Notes under the pieces: generated by a model
Told to the model about the DNA's origin: nothing
What the model saw: the letters and a program-made list of their open reading frames with translations, nothing else
Database searches by the model: none
Source of the DNA: Octopus vulgaris
Taxonomy: Eukaryota
DNA length: 64,000 nt
NCBI GenBank assembly: GCA_951406725.2
Contig: OX597814.1
Span: forward strand, 225,246,001 to 225,310,000
Direction of reading: 5' to 3'
Position numbers and translations under genes: made by a program
Part shown: in pieces, positions 1 to 12,422 of the stretch
Layout of the letters: each line of letters begins with the position of its first letter
Numbering within the stretch: position 1 is the first letter of the stretch

Positions 1-142
1 TATACATACGTGTGACATATATGCATGTATGTATATGAAAACGAGTGTCACTGAATCGATTCTCAAACTGTTTGTATTGTCCTGTCAGCTGTCTCTCATC
101 CTGTTGATATGTACAATTCCCGTTAGCGATCTATAATCCAGT

Positions 143-274
143 TGATATATATATATATATACATATATGTGTGGGTGTGTGTGTTTGTGTATTTATATGT
201 ATGTATATGTATGTATATATATGTGTGTATGTCTATATATGTATATATATATATGTGTGTATGTGTAGATATGT

Positions 275-306
<32 letters not shown>

Positions 307-487
307 GTATATATGTATGTGTATATATGTATGTGTATATATGTATGTATATATATATGTGTATATATGTATGTGTATATATGTATGTGTATATATGTAT
401 ATATGTATATATACATGTATATGTATGTATGTGTATATATGTATGTATATATATGTATGTATGTGTATATATGTATGTATATATATG

Positions 488-519
<32 letters not shown>

Positions 520-801
520 TATATATGCATGTATATATGTATATGCATGTATATATGTATATGCATGTATATATGTATATGCATGTATATATGTATATGC
601 ATGTATATATGTATGTATATATATATATATATATGCATGTATATATGTATATGTATATATGTATGTATATATATATATATATACATTTATGTATATGTGT
701 ATATATCTATGTATATATATGTATGTATATGTGTATATATCTATGTATATATATGTATGTATATGTGTATATATCTATGTATATATATGTATGTATATGT
801 G

Positions 802-832
<31 letters not shown>

Positions 833-992
833 GTGTATATATGTATGTATATGTGTACATATATATATATGTGTATGTATATGTATACATACATGTATGT
901 GAACGTATATATATGTTTGAATATATATATATATGTATATATATATGTGTGTTTATATGTATGTGCATGTGTATATATATGTATGTATATGC

Positions 993-1024
<32 letters not shown>

Positions 1025-1045
1025 GTATATATATGTGTGTGTGTA
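143..1045. repeat. Compound (TA)n/(TG)n/(TATG)n microsatellite
   Basis: Low-complexity alternating purine/pyrimidine sequence; the Y/I/M/C/V ORFs here are artefacts. Confidence 0.95.
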
Positions 1046-1129
1046 TTCGCACCTCGCACGCATTTCCTATTTCAACATTTCCTTCTCAATTACACGTTTG
1101 CAAGTGCCCTTTATCAGACTCTCTCTATG

Positions 1130-1232
1130 TGCGTGTGTGTGCATATGCTCGCGTGTGTGTGTGCATATGCTCGCGCGTGTGTGTGTGCATATGCTCGCGC
1201 GTGTGTGTGTGCATATGCTCGCGCGTGTGTGC
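1130..1232. repeat. ~24-bp minisatellite (GCATATGCTCGCGCGTGTGTGTGT) x~4
   Basis: Directly visible tandem units. Confidence 0.85.
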
Positions 1233-1596
1233 AGATGTTGTAGTACAGGTCAATGGCCGAAGCTAATCAATAATAGGTGAGAATACATTAAACTGCAAAC
1301 TCATGATATTCCTTTTAATATATGATAATTTTGTTGTTTTTCCTTTTTTTTTTTTCTACCCGATTTGAAATCTAGCAAATAGAAGCAGATAATTATTCCT
1401 GTTGCTAAGTGTTGGGTGTATCGCTTCTTGCTTTCGCACATCGGGACTGATTCCTCAGTAGCACCAGAAACTGCGTTGCCGTTTTAAAATGGAACTAAGT
1501 TCGTCTGACACTCACTTTCTCCTCTCTCTTTTCGCTTCTCCCGTCTCTTTTTTCCCGTTGTCTCCTTTGATCTTTCTCTTCTCTCTCTCTCCCTTT

Positions 1597-1830
<234 letters not shown>

Positions 1831-1955
1831 TATATATGAATATCAGGGTAAAAAAGGGGGCGAAAAGGGTTTTTCTTTTTTTAAGATCCGGACATATTTT
1901 TCAAAAAGAAACGTAAAAACATTATTTAAATGAATATTCTTCAACAACTACACTG

Positions 1956-1994
<39 letters not shown>

Positions 1995-2185
1995 CACGGA
2001 AATCTTACTCAAGTTTTTGAAGATTTCATTTTCATCCGTTTTTCTCCTCTTTTTCACACCCACCCACACACGCACATATATACACTCGATCATTCCTTCT
2101 CTAGTTTTTGTTCTTTTCTTTTGTTTTTGGATTCTGGCAATATCTCGCCTCTTCTCGATCTCACTGGAGTTTTTTCGCATTATCT

Positions 2186-2188
<3 letters not shown>

Positions 2189-2230
<42 letters not shown>

Positions 2231-2280
2231 GGTTGTCTGTCTCTCTCCCTATATCTCTGTTTTCGTCTCACTCTCATTCT

Positions 2281-2329
<49 letters not shown>

Positions 2330-2696
2330 GTGTGCGTGCGTGTGATCATGTGTAGCTCTGCTGCTTGATCAGGGTTGATCTTGGGCCCAGATGCTGCCAT
2401 ATATGCATATCTATGTGTGTAGGTGTGTATTTGTGTGTATGTGTCTGCGTAAAGACACGCACACACACACACATGTATGTATGTATGTATGTATGGGCGG
2501 ATATGGCGGACCATCACCACACCCCCTCCTCTTTTTTCTCTTACACATGTCCGCCTGTGTGTGCATATGTATGTATATGCATATATATATATATATATAT
2601 ATGTATATGCATATATATATGTATGTATATGCATATATATATGCATATATGTATATGCATATATATGTATATGTATAGATATATGTATGTATATGC

Positions 2697-2740
<44 letters not shown>

Positions 2741-2922
2741 GTATGTATATTTATATGTATGTGTATATATATATGTGTGTGTGTATATATATATATATAT
2801 GTGTATATATATATATATATGCATCCATGCAGTCAATCTCAGTCTCGACCATTTAAATTCTCGTTATTTCTTCTAAGAGAAAGAAAGAGAAGAGAAGGGT
2901 AAAAATAAACAACAAGATATAA

Positions 2923-2953
<31 letters not shown>

Positions 2954-3086
2954 AAAAAAGCAAGATTATTTGCGGGGGAAGAATATGTATGATCAGCTGA
3001 CGAAGCAGAATGGGCCAAGACAGTCTCTCTCTCTCTTTCTCTCTCACACACACGCTCTCACGCTAACATGTATTCATACCATACGG

Positions 3087-3131
<45 letters not shown>

Positions 3132-3225
3132 CCTACATATATATATAGAGAGAGACACATATATACACACGCACACAGATTCACCTACACACACACACAT
3201 GGACACACTCACGCACACAAACATA
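2189..3225. repeat. Cluster of (CT)n, (TA)n, (CA)n and (TATG)n microsatellites
   Basis: Direct. Confidence 0.9.
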
Positions 3226-3362
3226 CACATTGGCACGTAAAATAGAGAAAGGCGCAGTTTAGAAACAAGATGTAGGGTGTGTGATGATGGTCGACGAGTC
3301 TGCAGAATTGATGCAGAGTGAAGATGCTTTCCTTACCGTTTCTTTTTCTGCCAACATTTTCG

Positions 3363-3462
3363 NNNNNNNNNNNNNNNNNNNNNNNNNNNNNNNNNNNNNN
3401 NNNNNNNNNNNNNNNNNNNNNNNNNNNNNNNNNNNNNNNNNNNNNNNNNNNNNNNNNNNNNN
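3363..3462. other. Assembly gap (100 N)
   Basis: Run of N; contiguity across it is not guaranteed. Confidence 1.
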
Positions 3463-4065
3463 GATGTAACGCTTCAAGGTTCTCGCGTCGGAGTACCAGT
3501 AAACACCGAAGAATCAACACCAAGAAGGGAGAAATGTTATTTACATATATTTAGTCGATTACTCGACAGGTTGTTACAGAGACAGTAGCAATTCTAGTGA
3601 TAGTGGCGACAAGGATGACTTGCTGGTTAGTAGCTGATATATAGAAAAAGGTTTTCTGTCAGTAGAGAGGGAAAGAGTAAGGTAGTCATGGTGCTGACTA
3701 GAAAGGATAATGGCGGCATCGCATTTCTTACGGCCAAAAGCCTCTCTTAGCATTTCAAGTGAAGGGAAGTGCTGCTCTTGGTTAAGGCTGATGCAAAAGC
3801 GGGTGCTGCTCCTTGGTCTGGCTGACACATCAGAGGAAGAGATAGAAAATTCTCTGTTATATACACTATGGTCAGTAATGGAGGTCAAACCTTAAACAAA
3901 GGACTGACCTTTCCTTGAGTAGTACAGGTCCTAGGGGGTAGAGTGTTTCCTCATCAATCATCTAGTGTGGAGGATTTCCCACTCGTTTTGACAAGCAGCA
4001 AGCCGGTGGATTTGGTTTCAAATCTCAGGCAGTGTCAAGCTAGACTCTTTCATATGTATGTATAT

Positions 4066-4168
4066 GCGACAAGGTTTCTTGCAGTTTTCATCTGCTAAAT
4101 TCGCTCACAAGGCTGTAACTGACTGTAGTAGAAAACACTTGCCCAAGGTACCGCATGGTGGTACTGAA
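4066..4168 (-). mobile_element. SINE fragment (same family as 58012-58172)
   Basis: CAGTTTTCATCTGCTAAATTCGCTCACAAGG...ACACTTGCCCAAGGTACCGCA matches the reverse complement of the 58 kb copy. Confidence 0.7.
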
Positions 4169-4594
4169 AAGAACATTGAAAAATGCATACATACCTTAAA
4201 ACTAAAACATTAATTTCATATAAATTACTTTCAACATCTTAAAAGGCAAACTCAAATGTCTTTTAGCAGTAATACTTGTGAAGTGACTTAAATAAAAATT
4301 ACGAACCGGAATAGGTACGAACTGATGACATAACCACACATTTATTACGACTAATTAACATTCAGAATTTGCTTCGCTCTTACTCTACTTCAGACTTTCA
4401 TTGTTGTTTGTAATGAATAATCAGTGTGAATAGGTCTAGTCCTCGTCTAAGCTGCTTTTTCTATTACGTCTTTGTAAAGTGCAATAATTTTTAATTTTGG
4501 CAACATTAAATTAAAAAATAGACTGACGATTATTTTCGCCTGAGATAAAAAAAGAAGAAAAAAATCGCGTCTTATTTGTAAAGATTTCGTTGAA

Positions 4595-4649
4595 ATTAAA
4601 AAGACTACAATAGTTTTCATCGTTTGAAAACTATTGTAGTCTTTTTAAT
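4595..4649. repeat. Perfect 25-bp inverted repeat with 5-nt loop
   Basis: ATTAAAAAGACTACAATAGTTTTCA-TCGTT-TGAAAACTATTGTAGTCTTTTTAAT. Confidence 0.95.
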
Positions 4650-5086
4650 ACGAAATAATTAAAAGGATTCTTCCTTTAGACAAGCTAGCATTTTACAAAA
4701 ACAATCATTATGCTAGCAACCAATCTACTTTCAAAAGATATAATGAAAATAGTTCCATAACGCAAGAAAGTCATGAAGTTGTGTGAGCTTATTGCAAAGT
4801 GAGTGAACTCAATCTTAGGGGTGGGTTTACTAAAATTTGCATAGTTGCGATTACAACGAACTTTAACACCAGAAACAAATCAGATTGCTAGGAGATATTA
4901 GTTTACTACAGAGGAGAGTTTCTAGCAGTATAAAAGGCATGATTAAAAATATCCAACTAACACTATAACCAGAGTATAACAATTGTATTTCATTCTACAG
5001 CTGTGGATGACACAGTAGACACAATAGTTTCAAATTTAGCACAAGTTACTTTTTAAAATCGTCCGGTACACAGACCACAAATTAGT

Positions 5087-5296
5087 TATTTCTTTATTGC
5101 CCACAAGGGGATAAACATAGAGGGGACAAACAAAGGGATTAAGTCGAGTGCGTATCTGGTACTTAATTTATCGATCCCCGAAAGGATGAAAGGCAAAGTC
5201 GACCTTGGCGGAATTTGAACTCAGAATGTAACGGCAGGCGAAATACCCGCGAGCATTTTGCCCGGCGTGCTAACGCTTCTGCCAGCACGCTGCCTT
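5087..5296 (-). mobile_element. tRNA-derived SINE, full length, with Tx1-like 3' tail
   Basis: A/B-box-like head (GCTGGCAGAAGCGTTAG; GAGTTCAAATTCC); 17-bp TSD ACAGACCACAAATTAGT at 5070-5086 and 5297-5313. Confidence 0.9.
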
Positions 5297-6042
5297 ACAG
5301 ACCACAAATTAGTAAACTGCGCTATACCTTAGATAAGCTTCGTAGGCAGGTACTTGGTCACTAAAAGGTGAACGCCTCTCTCAGAGCGTACTGAATTTAC
5401 AGAAACCAGATTAGCGAATTAGTTAAGCAGGAGTTGAAGGGGGTAACCGTCGACAACAAATGAGGATTCATCCTGAAAAGGACGATTAAAGTAGAATCAA
5501 TTAGGTTTAGTAAAATCGTAGTGATAGCGAATAGGAGACTTGATTAGGAACTTGGAAAAAGCATCACATCCGAAATACTTGCGGTGAGATTAGCCCTCGA
5601 CCAGTTCTTCAACTCGAAGTATGAAGATTGTACGTGCTCTAAGACACGAAGGGGACGAAAGTCGCTCGATGGCCTCGGGTGGCAGAAGTGCAACGTGGTG
5701 ATAAATCCATAATTTGATCTTTTGCGAACAATAATAGGTGTATAGTGATGTCGATTAAGTGACATCCTATAATTTAATGAGCATGAAAGAAAGAGGGGTC
5801 ACCATCTTGTACGTAGTAACAATAAAATAGGAATTCGCGAGACGTTAGCAATAAGTCATAACATATTGATTACAGGAGGGAATGCGTTAACATATAAGGT
5901 TAATTGAAGGAAAGGTTGGTAACATTACATAAACATATTCTTTTTTGCAATCACGTCTGCAAGTAAGTGAGGCGAACGTACGCGCGAGCGGTTGCGTGTG
6001 TGGCGGCCTGACTCAATGCCGGTCTAAGACTGGACAGACACT

Positions 6043-6248
6043 GAATAAATTCCTTTATTGCTTATAAGGGCATACATAGAAAAGCACAAACGAGGGGCCA
6101 GGGACAAACAACGGACAGTTTTTACAGGGGAAGGGGTAGTGGTGTTGGGTTTACAAACAAGAAATCTGCGATGAAAAACGGTATGAAGTTAAAAATTAAA
6201 TGTAAATTAAAATATTTAGTAAAAATATACTGAAATACACACACACAG

Positions 6249-6279
<31 letters not shown>

Positions 6280-7895
6280 GGTTGAAAATATGTGGAAAAA
6301 AATATAAAAAGTGGAAGAGAAAAGCTTTCGTTTCAGATAGTTTAATAACTTTTTATAAATATATACATATATGGATGTCGTGAAATTTAACAGGTTTTGA
6401 CTATTTAAATTAGCTTTTCAAGGGACATTGTACAGTTATCAATTTGCATGACAGAGGGGTCCGTCATACATATATATATATATAGAGAGAGAGAGAGTTT
6501 GACCCCACCAGATTTGCGGGGCATTCTTGGAGATCTGGATGATATTTATTTTTTCCTCCCTGCTGACGAGAATGGAGGCGGCTACCCACGCTGCTTCCAC
6601 CACTGGAGGAATGTTTTTTATTTTTTAATCGGGCCGTCCTTCTACCCAGATACAGTGGAAAAAACAGTATATTTCCACTTTGCACTGTTCAAGCCGAGAA
6701 GTCTCTGGCCTTCTCAGCTGACTCGGACTGCGCTTCTATTGTCGCAAACCTTATGCCTCTGGACAGATATTTGATTTCGTTCAACACCAGCCCAAGGCAT
6801 TTTTCGATTGTTGATTCTTCTAAGTGTTCGAATTTTTAGAATTGAAGACTTTATAAATTATGGTCTTTTCTTTGGTTCTAGTTATCATTTCCGCAGGCGG
6901 CGTCAGTTTGCTTTGTCCTTCGGTTTCTGTAATTAGTCCGAAATACTGTTGTACTTCCTCTGGTTTTATCCAATTTTTTCTCCGCTGCCTACAGCGGCGG
7001 CAAAATTCAACTTCTTTGGCTGTTCGACCAAAGCCATTTCACAATAATAATAATAATAATTTCATAGTAAAAAATACAAGAATAGAAAAATAGTGTTCCG
7101 CGAGGAACGCAGTCAACAATTCCCACAAAAAAATTTTCTGCTCCTCCCCCTTGCTGTTCTGTATTTTTTGGTCTTCATCTCTGCTCTCCGCATCTACCTT
7201 CTCCGTACCATCCTTCGACTTCTCGTTCCTGCTACTTTCCTCTTGTCTCACCTCCATTGATATTTGGTTGTTAAGAAGGAGGCAATTCACTTTGATTATG
7301 GCCTTCTCTCTGTAGTGGTAGCATGTGGGCGGTCTTCCCTCCACTACCACACACAGCTTCAACTCTTCTGGCAACTCTATCTCTTTTGTTATTTCTTGTA
7401 TGTCTGGTGCGTATCCTGGATTATGACTTCCAGGCCATATCCCCAACAGTTTAGTTGTTTAGTACGGCTTACCTGCAGCACTTGAGAGTCTTCCTTTTTG
7501 TCTATTAGAATAGCTGTGAGCAGCCACATCTCGTTAATCTCTGGGGGCACCCAGCAATCATCACTCTCACCCTTCGCTTCCCAAGGTATGTTGGCAGGCG
7601 TGCCCATTTTTCAGTTTTCAAGGTTACGGTGGAGTGCTTTGCTGCCTCCTCCACAGTCGGGAAGCGCACCTCCACCGTATCAAACTTCCTTCCTTTACAG
7701 TAGTATTCCTTGTTATTTATTTTTTTTCAAGCATTCTTCCAAATCTTCTTCGTCCCCACTGGGGGAGAAAATACAACAAAAGTAAGTAATACGACAAGTC
7801 AAACAATCGCCAACAATAGGTAAACGAAGAACAACTTATCCGTTACGATGCAAAAATCAACTGGGAATCACGATACAAAATCAACTGAGTAGACA
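6043..7895 (-). mobile_element. Non-autonomous Tx1-type LINE derivative: two decayed ORF1 segments plus 3' tail, no ORF2
   Basis: TSD GACAGACACT (6033-6042; 7896-7905). ORF1 motifs VVVEGRPPTCY (ORF 7039..7446) and PLYLGRRTARL (ORF 6464..6685) match ORF1 60678..61499 (VSVEGRRPRCVKC, PTYLGRRTAKI). Tail ...TTTGTCCC...GCAATAAAGGAA. Confidence 0.7.
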
Positions 7896-7933
7896 GACAG
7901 ACACTAGGTGGCGCGAATTTAGAAATTTGTTCC

Positions 7934-8013
7934 TTTATATAAGGGATGAACCGGAAGTCCCCGACTTCTACGTTAACCGAAAGCTTCTAGAATGTTCTGG
8001 AACTTTCTAGAAG
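7934..8013 (-). promoter_or_regulatory. Candidate stress-inducible promoter: 6-pentamer heat-shock element, kB/ETS-like site and TATA box
   Basis: 7984-8013 cTTCtaGAAtgTTCtgGAActTTCtaGAAg; GGGGACTTCC on minus (7953-7962) overlapping CCGGAAGT; TATATAAA on minus (7934-7941). Confidence 0.7.
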
Positions 8014-8089
8014 GTCGAGGGAGATTACTCTTGTTAGATCCCTTTTCCGTTTTGCTTTCCTGCTTCACCGCCATGGTTCACTACAGGTG

Positions 8090-9870
8090 TATGTAAAGAT
8101 TTAAAACAGTATTTCATTTGATTGTTCGGAACAAATGGCGGGCCGGAATGTAAGATGAATTTCAGACCCTACCTCGACGACCTGTCGCAACTCTCGGCAA
8201 GATGGTTTGCTGCATAAGGGGCAAATTGCCTGGTTTAGATGGTCTACTCTATGAGCTTTACTTTTACACGCCAGACTTGTCTGGAGACCTCTTCGCTAAT
8301 ACCTACCGCAGTTAACCATAGAACGGAAGAATTACCAGCTCTGTGAGTCGATGACCACTGGCATAGCAAGAAAGGACCCAAACAAGGGGGATCACATTGA
8401 TAATGTCCAGTCCATAACTCTGTAAAACGCTGATTTCAAAATTTTTGCCAAGTTATTAACAAAGGGGTTGCCATTTGTCTGATTGGTGATGTGCAATAAT
8501 GCGTCATTCTAAGCAAGATCTCTCCTCGACAACTTCTACGTCATGCGATACATCATAGGGATGGTGTGTAAAAAAAATCTGGTAAGCGCGTGGCTCTTAT
8601 CAATGTAAATCGACTACAAGTTTTTGATAGGATTGGTCACCAATACCTGACAGCTGTTCTCACAGCAGCCAGTTTCGGTTTCGGATAACGAAAAACATGG
8701 CTGATGACGGTCAAGGCTGATCTGGAACCCAACCTAGGCCCCCATATCTACGGCGTTCGCCGCTGGAATAAGGAGTGGTTGGAGATCACGCGGTCGTTAG
8801 CCTCAAATCGCCAAGCTTGGTCGGCGTTTGTGAGAGATGCAGCACTGAGGATGAATGAAGCCAGCTCAACCCACCCCGGGTGAATGCTGTAAGAAGAAGA
8901 AAGAAGAAGCCGGTTTCGGTTACATTTTCTCGACTTCCTTACAGCAATGTAGAGTAACACCAAGTTCGATGAATGACTACCTTACAGAACCATTCATTAT
9001 TTTGCGCTCGGTTCATCAATGTTGTCCCTTCTCATCTCTTCTTTATATACTGACACTTGAGCCACTATTGCGAAAAGTAAAGACGTTGAGGAACAGCCCA
9101 TGCGAGCTAGGACTAAGAGAACCGCGTTGGCATTCGCGGAAAACATCACCGTCACATGATCGGCACAATTCTGAGGAAATATAGTGCCAAGACCAAAACA
9201 AAAGAAATAAATAAAAGGAAAGACAATCAAAGTAAGTCAGTGAGCCTGCAACTCCGTTCCTGGAGAGGTAATTCCTTGCCGCCTAAGAGTGACGTATGAC
9301 ATTGGACGGACGGACTCGCTAAATCGTTTGGGGATAGTTTGGTTCAGATTTTCAGTGGAAAAGAAATGGGACGAAATGACGAGCAGGATGACCAATCTCA
9401 CCTTGAAATGGATTACGAGAAAGCTATCCGTTTGATTGTCGCGCTTAGCTCCAGTTCATTCCTGGCCGGGCTGGAGCAACTATTCTGTTTTCTGTGGACG
9501 AGACGCTTTTTGCTGTTCAGGCTCTCTGTTGTCAATACTCGCTGAATGGAGATGTCGTGGCTGATGATGCGCTGACATACTCTGGGGCAGCAACTTCTCC
9601 AGCGTTTCCTTGTAAACGAACAGGGTGGTCACCGTTTGTCAGACACGCTTCACCGCAGCTTGTCTCTTTGACTGAGCTGCAGTCCTGGATCTAGCGTTGA
9701 CCGAAGCAGGATGCCTAGCACGTGAAAGGCCTTCAGGCACTCACACTACTCTGTCAGTTGGACAATATCTTGGTGTTCTGTAGAAGCATAGATGTGGGCA
9801 AGAGCGACGACGTTCTCTCGGGAGCTCTGAGAGTTAACGAGAATCAACTGGCTAGTCTGTCGAGAACGCG
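8090..9870 (+). pseudogene. Decayed Tx1-type ORF2 (RT region) fragment
   Basis: PGLDGLLYELY, SVHQCCPFSSLLYILTLEPLLRK and WSPFVRHASPQLVSLTELQSWI are collinear with ORF 12423..15794; many stops and frameshifts. Confidence 0.9.
8681..8907 (+). mobile_element. 5'-truncated RTE-type LINE 3' end nested in the Tx1 remnant
   Basis: Translates RKTWLMTVKADLE...LASNRQAWSAFV...*; (AAG)n tail; 14-bp TSD AGCC(A/G)GTTTCGGTT at 8667-8680 and 8908-8921. Confidence 0.8.
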
Positions 9871-10240
9871 TAAGGATATTTTCTGCATTGATTTCATTCT
9901 GAAGACGATATAATTTCGCACCAACGTTCGATTTGCAAGACGAAGTCACTTGGCTTTTTGTTGTGCTGGCATTAATTGCGGTGCTGGTGATGGAGGTACA
10001 GTTTGTAAGAGTGTCGAAGCGACAATTTAATTGTTTGTCTTTCTTTACAACATTCTCATTTCTGCTTTTGTTTTCTTTTTCGACGCTATAGTTAAAGTTC
10101 TTTCCATTTTCCTTGTTGTTGGTCGTCGTCGTTACTGTTATTGTTGTTCTGGCTGGCAATGTTGGGGGATGCTTTGTTGTGACAGTGGAAAGGCAGAATA
10201 AAAAAAACCTGTTTTCAACTCTCACTCACTGATATTTCAC
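9870..10240 (-). pseudogene. Possible Tx1 ORF1 N-terminal remnant
   Basis: T/N-rich PPTLPARTTITVTTTTNNKENGKNF...INAENIL resembles ORF1 16939..18072; low complexity, so weak. Confidence 0.4.
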
Positions 10241-10354
10241 CGAAAAATTGAACGCCATTCTTAATATATTTGAAGGAGTGACTAAATCCTATAAGATCTT
10301 TGAGAAACAACAGTTAAGCTAAAAACAAAACGATTCTGTTAGCTCGCCACCTTA

Positions 10355-10388
<34 letters not shown>

Positions 10389-10728
10389 CAGTGACAGGAA
10401 CAACAATAACAACAACAGCAGTATGAATGTGATCATTAATAATAAAAACACAGTGGCTTGTTAAACAAATATAGGAGTATATTGTAAGGAGACAGCAGCT
10501 GCCGTTGTATATCGTAAGATAAAGTAACCACTAAAAGTCATTGATTTATGGAAGCTTGCAAGGACAAGAAAGAAATAAGCTAATGAATTCTTTTTGTTGT
10601 TCAACAAGGACGATTCATGCCTTTTGTTCATTTATTTATCTTTTGTTTTCTTACCAAGATTTTTTATTCAGAATTTTTTTGGGGCCTGATTTCGTTTCTC
10701 TATCACCATTTAACTCTATAATTTTCTT

Positions 10729-10816
<88 letters not shown>

Positions 10817-10828
10817 ATTTCTATCTAG
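10729..10828. repeat. (TCTA)n microsatellite
   Basis: Direct. Confidence 0.95.
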
Positions 10829-11146
10829 CTGCACACACATTTATACACATATTCATAAACAGACATACTTTTTTTTATAGATATCAGTGAAGTCGAGGCA
10901 GATAATGTTATAATTAAAATGGTGCAAAGATTTGGTTAAAAACCCATTTTCATAGAAGGTTACCCATGGGTCACAAACCTACATCTTCTGTAAACATGAA
11001 GCTGCTTCGAGTTTCACCGTTGCAAAAAAAAAAGCGAAAAGTAGGCATTATTTCACGTTCCCACGAAGTTTCTGTATTCATGTGACGTCAGCACACTCGC
11101 ACGTACACATGCACGTACGCATACGCACGCACGCACACACACACAA

Positions 11147-11221
<75 letters not shown>

Positions 11222-11461
11222 CACATACATATACATACATAATCAAGTTCCTGAAGTAGAAGTGCAGGAAATAATTAGTAAAACAATAGGAATGAAACGT
11301 CGCATTAAATTCAAGTTTTTATTTTATCATTTATTTTCGTTATTTTCTTCATTAAGGTTAAAATCAATGGGAAATTATTCTTTGAAGGATGATTGGAGGT
11401 GGAGAAATTATCACGAAATAATACTTTAGATTGGCTTTATCGATCGACCGAGCGGTCGATC

Positions 11462-12070
<609 letters not shown>

Positions 12071-12422
12071 CTTTCTTTTATTAGCCACACAGGGCTGAAT
12101 ACAGAGGGGACAAATACAAATGCAGAGCTTTTCTTTTCGAGGGTGGAAAAAAAGAAAATAAATGTAAGATTGCGATCAAAAGGGATCGAGAGGAGGAAAA
12201 AAAGAAAAGAAATCGTGTATCACAGAAATAATGATAAAAACATTGATAAAACAAGATTGGGTTCATCCGTGGGAAGAAAAGCCTACAGAAAAGACCACGG
12301 GAAACTCAGTCAGGGAGGAAATAACCACATGAGATCAAAATGCTCTCTTTCTTTCTTTTTTACGATCTACAGGATCATGCTCAAAATGGTTTCGTCACTC
12401 GCACGCACCATCGTTGCAACAT

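Larger units (their letters stand above)
4279..8085 (-). mobile_element. Probable solo LTR (~1.7 kb net) interrupted by a SINE and a LINE derivative
   Basis: Minus strand starts TGTAGTGAA (8085) and ends GTCACTTCA (4279), a TG..CA short inverted terminus; HSE and TATA ~70-150 nt in; sequence rejoins across the TSD-bounded inserts. No convincing TSD and the left end is uncertain. Confidence 0.45.

Noticed and set aside
1396-1470. Minus-strand CUGAGGA...GAAA with a 12-bp stem I-like pairing
   Set aside because: Stems II and III do not form properly; at best a highly decayed hammerhead
3574-3895. ORFs next to the gap
   Set aside because: No recognisable motif or splice structure
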